Shown: piece by piece, positions 57,118 through 64,000 of the stretch
How the letters are laid out: each line of letters starts with the position of its first letter
How positions within the stretch are numbered: the first letter of the stretch is position 1
Assembly: GCF_006345805.1 (NCBI RefSeq)
Contig: NC_043000.1
Location: 120,962,001 to 121,026,000, forward strand
Source of the DNA: Octopus sinensis
Lineage: Eukaryota
DNA length: 64,000 nt
Reading direction: 5' to 3'
The notes under the pieces: generated by a model
Told to the model about the DNA's origin: nothing
Databases searched by the model: none
Seen by the model: the letters and a program-made list of their open reading frames with translations, nothing else
Program-made: the position numbers and the translations under genes

Positions 57118-57362
57118 GTGGAGGCGCGTGGCTTAGTGGTTAGGGTGTCAGCGACATGATTGTAAGATTTTGGTCTCGATTCCTGGACCGGGCGACGCAT
57201 TGTGTTCTTGATCAGAACACTTCATTTCATGTTGCTCCAGTCCACTCAGCTGGCACAAATGAGTATCGCTGCGATGGACTGGCGTCCCGTCCACCTGGGA
57301 AACACATACGCCACAGAAACCGGAGCCATGAGCCTGGCTAGACTTTTAAAATGGGCTCATTA
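57118..57362 (+). mobile_element. tRNA-derived SINE (GGAGGCGCGTGGCTTAGTGG head)
   Basis: TSD ATTATTATTAC on both flanks. Confidence 0.85.
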
Positions 57363-57712
57363 ATTATTATTACGAATAATGAGCATACTTAGTATTAGAT
57401 CAGGCTTTTACAAAAAGTGTGTTAATTACCAACTAAGATTAGGACCAATTAGATATTATTAAATTTATTCTGATTAATTTTGCAAAGAATGCAGTAGCAT
57501 GGGCGCACCACCATCAAACTAAATGGTAAACTATGAGTAGATTCATTCTGGAACTAATATCGCATTTCAGCTTTCAAGGACGAATGAGATAGCATTTTTT
57601 CTTACCAAGTTCGATATATTATTTCGAGCACCTATCCTATAACTATGTGCCTCTATCTTTACAGTAATATATGAAATTGTAGAGTTATTGTAGCAGCAGT
57701 AGTCCTAGTCGT

Positions 57713-58061
57713 AAGGCGGCGAGCTGGAAGAAACGTTAGCACGCCGGGCGAAATGCTTTCGGGGTCGATTAAATAAGTACCAGTTACGCACTGTGGTCGA
57801 TATACTCTACTTAGTCCGTTTGTCTGTCCTTGTTTGTCATCTCTGTGTTTAGCCCTTTGTGGGTAGTAAAGAAATAGATATTTCGTCTGCCTTTACGTTC
57901 TGAGTTCAAATTCTGCCGAGGTCGATTTTGCCTTTCATACTTTCGTGGTCGATTACATAAGTACCAGTTACGCACTGGGGTCGATATAATCGACTTAATC
58001 TATTTGTCTGTCCTTGTTTGTCCTCTCTGTGTTTATCCCCTTGTGGGTTGTTAATAAATAG
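57713..58061 (+). mobile_element. SINE dimer; first unit internally deleted, second unit 184 bp
   Basis: Second unit spans 57877-58060. TSD GTA(G/A)TCCTAGTCGT at 57699 and 58062. Confidence 0.88.
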
Positions 58062-58709
58062 GTAATCCTAGTCGTGGTAAAATTACTAAAGACAATAATA
58101 CATAGGAGCGTATGTTATTATACATTACCCAAAGTGAACAGAGTTCGCTGTTCACTTTGGGTATTAAATTGGTAAATAATCTAACAGCAATGTAGAATGG
58201 ATCTGAAATACAGTAAATGTTTCTTAGCTGTTTTTCTTTATTAGTTTCCTAAAATGATGTAGTGACCAAACAAATCATATAATCTTGAGATTCAATGGTG
58301 CGGAACATTTATGACTTAAACTTATATACAAATCGATTGAGTGTGAAATTTCCGTTCCTGATGTGACATTTGGTTGTTATGTCATTCACATAAACATGAT
58401 ATATGTACACAGTGAAATGTCATTAAAACTTATGGATCGAGAGCGGTTCTTGTAAGCTAGAAGTATAATGTGAAAGAAATTCTACGTTATTTCTAGAAAT
58501 TATTTTACATTAAAGTAAATTAACGTAGCGTGTATAGGTATTTGTTTTCACTTTGTATAACGATAGAATAAAATAAATCCTTGCTAACTGATTTTATGAG
58601 GAGGAAATAAGAAATTGAATCGTGTTAGAGTCAGGATATGTTTTGAAACAAACAAATACATTCATTAATACATTTCGTTGTATTATATATATATATTATA
58701 TATATATAT

Positions 58710-58764
<55 letters not shown>

Positions 58765-59415
58765 TATATATATAATATATATATATATATATAATATATA
58801 TATATAATTATATATATACATATATACGTATATATATATATATATATATATATTGAGAGAGAGAGAGAGAAAGAGAGAGCAATAAGAAAATGGAGGGGAT
58901 CAATAGGTGGTATTCATCAACTTTTAGACATTATATAATGTTATGTCAATTTATTTATTAATTTACAAAAGGATAATTATAACAATAATAACAACATACA
59001 TACATGTATAGCATATGCTTTACATATATAATATATAATGATATCATAAATTATTAAAATGCTAACATACAGAAATAGAAATTGGGATAATATCTTACTG
59101 CTGTTTCAGCCAAAAGGCAAAAATACCTCATTCTACCTTTATCACTCCAGTGGACTGAAGTAATTAGTAGATGAAATTGAGGTACGTGGGTGTTACTCTA
59201 GGCTTCGTCAGAGATATTTTTAGAAACTACATAAGGTTAAGTTATAAATATAAATATAAATATCCATACGTATACATACATATATACATACACATACATA
59301 AATATACGTTTAAGTGTATACCTACACTTAAATGTACATGCATATTTGTATGTATATGCATATAAAACATCAATTACTATTATTATTATTATTAATATTA
59401 TTACTATCATCGTCA

Positions 59416-59460
<45 letters not shown>

Positions 59461-59599
59461 GATGCATTATATTATTCATATCATGTAAAATATAAACAGA
59501 GGTATAAGAAAGTTACAAGAGGAGTAATACTGTAATTTATAAAATCAATATATCATAAAGTTATTTTAGTTAACTAAGAACGAAACTGCATATACATGA

Positions 59600-59742
<143 letters not shown>

Positions 59743-60003
59743 TTGAGGGAGATAAATTAATATTAATTTTAATATCAATTTAAAACCAGTAGTCCAGCAT
59801 TCAAAAAATCTGAGGAGTCAGAGAAAATTCAAATATATGTGTATATTGGCAGTGCTGGCCTGCTAGGTAGCCGGCCAGAATGCTAGAAGAAGTTCATCAA
59901 CGATCAAACTACAAGGGAAATTCTCTAGAGGAAGAATTCAGCGAACACCAGAACCAAATTTGGCGGGCAGGACATATGAAACATTAAATAAAAAACAGAC
60001 TTA

Positions 60004-60081
60004 AATGCATACATCGGTTTCGGTCTTAAAAAAAAAATTTTACTTGCATAATTCAAGTGTCCGTGACTTCATCAGTACATT
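60004..60081 (-). ncRNA. Type-I hammerhead, copy 1
   Basis: Reverse complement reads AATGTA-CTGATGA-AGTC...GACC-GAAA-C(CGAT)GT-A-TGCATT. Confidence 0.65.
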
Positions 60082-60550
60082 CGGTCCTCGAGATGCAAAC
60101 CGCAAGGCTAACCCCAGCTCTCTGTGTCAAGACAGACACGTGCTTAGTCTTACTGATTACATCGGGAATAAAATTTCAAATGTCTTGGCTCTGGCGCGCT
60201 AAGAGACTCCTGAAGCGAAGGGCTGCAGTGAATAATTCACTGCGGGTAATGCTTACAACTAGGGAACGTATTTATTTAAATATTAAAAATTGAGGGAGAT
60301 AAATTAATATTAATTTTAATATCAATTTAAAACCAGTAGTCCAGCATTCAAAAAATCTGAGGAGTCAGAGAAAATTCAAATATATGTGTATATTGGCAGG
60401 GCTGGCCTGCTAGGTAGCCGGCCAGAATGCTAGAAGACGATCATCAACGATCAAACTACAAGGGAAATTCTCTAGAGGAAGAATTCAGCGAACACCAGAA
60501 CCAAATTTGGCGGGCAGGACATATGAAAAATTAAATAAAAAACAGACTTA

Positions 60551-60626
60551 AATGCATACCTCGGTTTCGGTCTTAACAAAAGAATTACTTGCATAATTCA
60601 AGTGTCCGTGACTTCATCAGTACATT
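60551..60626 (-). ncRNA. Type-I hammerhead, copy 2
   Basis: Reverse complement of the motif at 60865-60940. Confidence 0.68.
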
Positions 60627-60864
60627 CGGTCCTCGAGATGCAAACCGCAAGACTAACCCCAGCTCTCTGTTGTAAGCATTACCCTAGTTGTAAGCATTAC
60701 CCGCAGTGAATTATTCACTGCAGCCCTTCGCTTCAGGAGTCTCTTAGCGCGCCAGAGCCAAGACATTTGAAATTTTATTCCCGATGTAATCAGTAAGACT
60801 AAGCACGTGTCTGTCTTGACACAGAGAGCTGGGGTTAGTCTTGCGGTTTGCATCTCGAGGACCG

Positions 60865-60940
60865 AATGTACTGATGAAGTCACGGACACTTGAATTATGC
60901 AAGTAATTCTTTTGTTAAGACCGAAACCGAGGTATGCATT
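60865..60940 (+). ncRNA. Type-I hammerhead with long stem II insertion, copy 3
   Basis: Stem I AATGTA/TGCATT; CTGATGA at 60871-77; stem II GTC/GAC; GAAA at 60923-26; stem III ACC/GGT; predicted GUA cleavage after 60934. Confidence 0.7.
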
Positions 60941-61097
60941 TAAGTCTGTTTTTTATTTAATTTTTCATATATCCTGCCCGCCAAATTTGGTTCTGGTGTT
61001 CGCTGAATTCTTCCTCTAGAGAATTTCCCTTATAGTTTGATCGTTGATGATATTCTTCTAGCATTCTGGCCGGCTACCTAGCAGGCCAGCCCTGCCA

Positions 61098-61196
<99 letters not shown>

Positions 61197-63544
61197 CGTA
61201 TATATTTCCACACAAACATACCAATAGGTACATACGTATTAGATGTGTTTAGAAGGGAGTATTATAGCAGTAGTTTATCATTATAGGTGTACCTCTTGAC
61301 TGTAAAATGAGTTACAGACCCGCCGGTATCAACCTTGTCTTTCACTTTCTCGGTATCGATAAATATTACTAGTCATTACCATTTTCTTCTTAACTATGCC
61401 TGTCCTAACTTTACATGACATTTTTTTTATATTTACACCCTCTTCTTTGGGGTCTCTTGTCGACTGCCTCTAATGAATATGCCGCTTATGGATTTGTAGA
61501 TTTTGTGGTGATGTCAGAAATGGGGTATATGAAAATATGAAGACATTTGAACTTATTGCACACAATTGTGTCTGCCCCCACCTCTCTATGCGTGTTGGAA
61601 TGCGGATTTAATTGCTATTCTGAAATTTGTTTCCATTTTTAATTTAATATATATGTTTTTATATGTTTAAATTTGAATATCAAAATCTGATTATTACAGG
61701 CAGACTACCGTCCGCTATATTTTTCAGATTTGTGTTTGTTTGTTGATATACTTTTAGTTAACGCTGGAAATATAATTTAATCAGGCATACATAAACATGA
61801 ACATGTACTTAATATATATAATGAAAATAACAAACAGGATATCAAGTCGTAATACAGTACGACCGTTTCAAGCGGCTCCATTTAATTAAACAATGCAATC
61901 ATTGCATCAACTTAAATGCTGTATTATCTTCAGTTACAGCAAATATAGAACTTTTTAATTAGTAGGACGCATTAATACAATTTTTCTTAAAGTAAAAAGA
62001 TGGAGAAAATTCATATTCTCGCTATTGTTACAAAGGGGCTACGAATAGACTACAATTTCTTAGAATCGTATGGAGCATAGAGAGGTCATAGGGTTGTAAG
62101 GGCTGTAATTCATTTCTAATTTATTTATCACTTTATCATCTATTAAATTTGAGACTAGAAGACTGCGTCTATTTTGAATAAAGAACAAGAGTGATTTGAC
62201 AACTCATGGCTGGGTATGTTCATAAATATTATCATAGGTACCCCTTTTCCCTAAAAGAAAGGAAATAAGACATTAGAAAAAATCAATTTGATTGAAGTAA
62301 CTGTTTATAAAGGAGAGACAGGGTAGCGGTAAACTTTAAATCATGATAGTAATTTCCAGTTAAAGGGGCAAGATACTAAGAAACTTAAGATGCCAATTCA
62401 GGGAAATTTAATAAGTGCACGAGCTGTGCAGTTAATACCGGACTGACTTGCTGCTTCAGCTTAAGTACATAATTCAACTGAATCTTAATCATTTCTTATA
62501 TACATATGTGTGTGTGTGTGTGTGTGTGCACGCGAGCTCACACACATATATATATATACAGAGAACTTCTGGTGTACGTTCAAGTGTCAAAGAGAGGTAT
62601 AAAGGCTTTGACTTTAGAATATATTTACTAATGTGCTTATTCAAAATATCTCCCTCTTATCTAAATATATTGCTGGCGGTATGAATTTGGGGGTGTCAAT
62701 CAATTTATAGTTGCAGGATGTGTGACGTGGGCAAAATTTCTTTGCAGAAATTAATAAGTTACATGTCATTCAAACAGGATAAGGCAAAGGACGAGTTGTA
62801 GATGCTGGAGATTAACTGTTAGCAATGTGTTGTAGATTTAACATTGTACATATTCCGTTGATATTTCGAATTCATTATTTTAAGGCCGAGAGATTCCTAT
62901 CTTATCAAGTGGGTAGTTTTTCTAGATTTTGCTGTAACATTAATAACCTTTCCATCAAATTATTACATTTCTCGGAGAGAAGTTTCCTACGGAGCGCTCG
63001 TCATCGCTACCCATATCCGGCAACGTTACGCTATAGCAATCTCCAAATTCAGATAGAAAACGATACCATATTCCCAAAATCACCATGATAGACATAAATA
63101 ACAGTGACTACATAGCACATTCCAACCTTTTCATTCATCGGTTTCTTGTTTGAATGAACAGACAAAAGCAAGATAAACTTTTTAGAAATGACAAGAAGCA
63201 TCTTTTATATAGATTGCAACATGGAATGGCGTCTTCAGCTAACGATGAATCTCTGGGATCGTTTTCAATTCCATTCTCCTTCCGCTTTATGAGCATAGCC
63301 AGGGAAATGTATTTTGTCAATGGATCAACAATCTCCGCTTGCCTTTGATTGTGTTCTCCATATACGGTTACGCTTGATTCGAGATACAGGGGTTATATTC
63401 TTGTACACTAGCGCTCTCGTAAAGGATTAACAAAATTAAAAATCATTTGAACTATAACAGAAAAATCAACTTTAACTAATTTCCTTTTCATTCGGGATGG
63501 AAGCGAATCTCTAAGAAAAAAGCCTGCAGTTTGACTAACACATG

Positions 63545-63715
63545 CGTAGGCGTCGCTGTGTGGGAAGAAGCTTGCTTGCCGACCACATGCTTCCGGCTTC
63601 AGTTCCGCTGCGCAGCATCTTGCGCAAGTGTTTTCTACTATAGCCTGAGTCCCACCAAAACATTGTGAGTGGATTTGGTGGACGGTAACTGAAAGAAGCT
63701 CGTTGTACATATATA
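63545..63715 (+). mobile_element. Degenerate CORE-type SINE head/body
   Basis: Homologous to 56557-56725. Confidence 0.75.
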
Positions 63716-64000
63716 TATACTTTATAGATTAAAGACAGGTATTCTCTGTATAGAATACTCTTCGTAGTGCTCAAGAGATTTGAACTTGAGCAGGTAGAGG
63801 AGTAAATGTAAGGACAGGCATGTTAGGCAAGGCGATATGCAAAAAAATATTAAATACTTTTAATACAAAAATGTACATATGTAAACATATAAGAAGAGTC
63901 TGACTCCGAATGGAAATGGTACCAGGTATTAAGGGGGTCGAGTAGGGGTTTACGTGTCCAGCAATTCATTTTAGGTGTTGATGGTCCAAAATACTGCTTG

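Noticed and set aside
60057-60889. Two identical 78-aa ORF calls on opposite strands
   Set aside because: A by-product of the inverted duplication; non-ATG starts and no domain.
62825-63410. Several 60-90-aa ORFs in unique sequence
   Set aside because: No recognisable motifs or consistent splice signals.

Overview
AT-rich, microsatellite-dense animal genomic DNA. Its SINE repertoire and composition suggest an octopus/cephalopod (inference). No intact host gene could be identified; there is only one weak candidate exon (8369-8449). The window is mostly transposable-element debris: a TIR-bounded maT/DD37D-type Tc1/mariner with a nested Helitron-like MITE, a second Helitron-like element, many tRNA-derived SINEs of at least three families, a 5'-truncated CR1-type LINE, a nest of five R4/Dong-like restriction-endonuclease retrotransposon fragments in (TAA)n, and a near-full-length frameshifted Penelope-like element (RT + GIY-YIG). 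The most striking signal is several unrelated hammerhead-ribozyme (HHR) motifs, read by eye. They lie in Penelope pseudo-LTRs, in a short (AAT)n-linked repeat, in fold-back palindromes, and in a non-coding 547-bp unit arranged as tandem plus inverted copies between (TA)n tracts (retrozyme-like). Most ORFs in the supplied track are microsatellite artefacts. All family assignments come from recalled motifs, not database searches.
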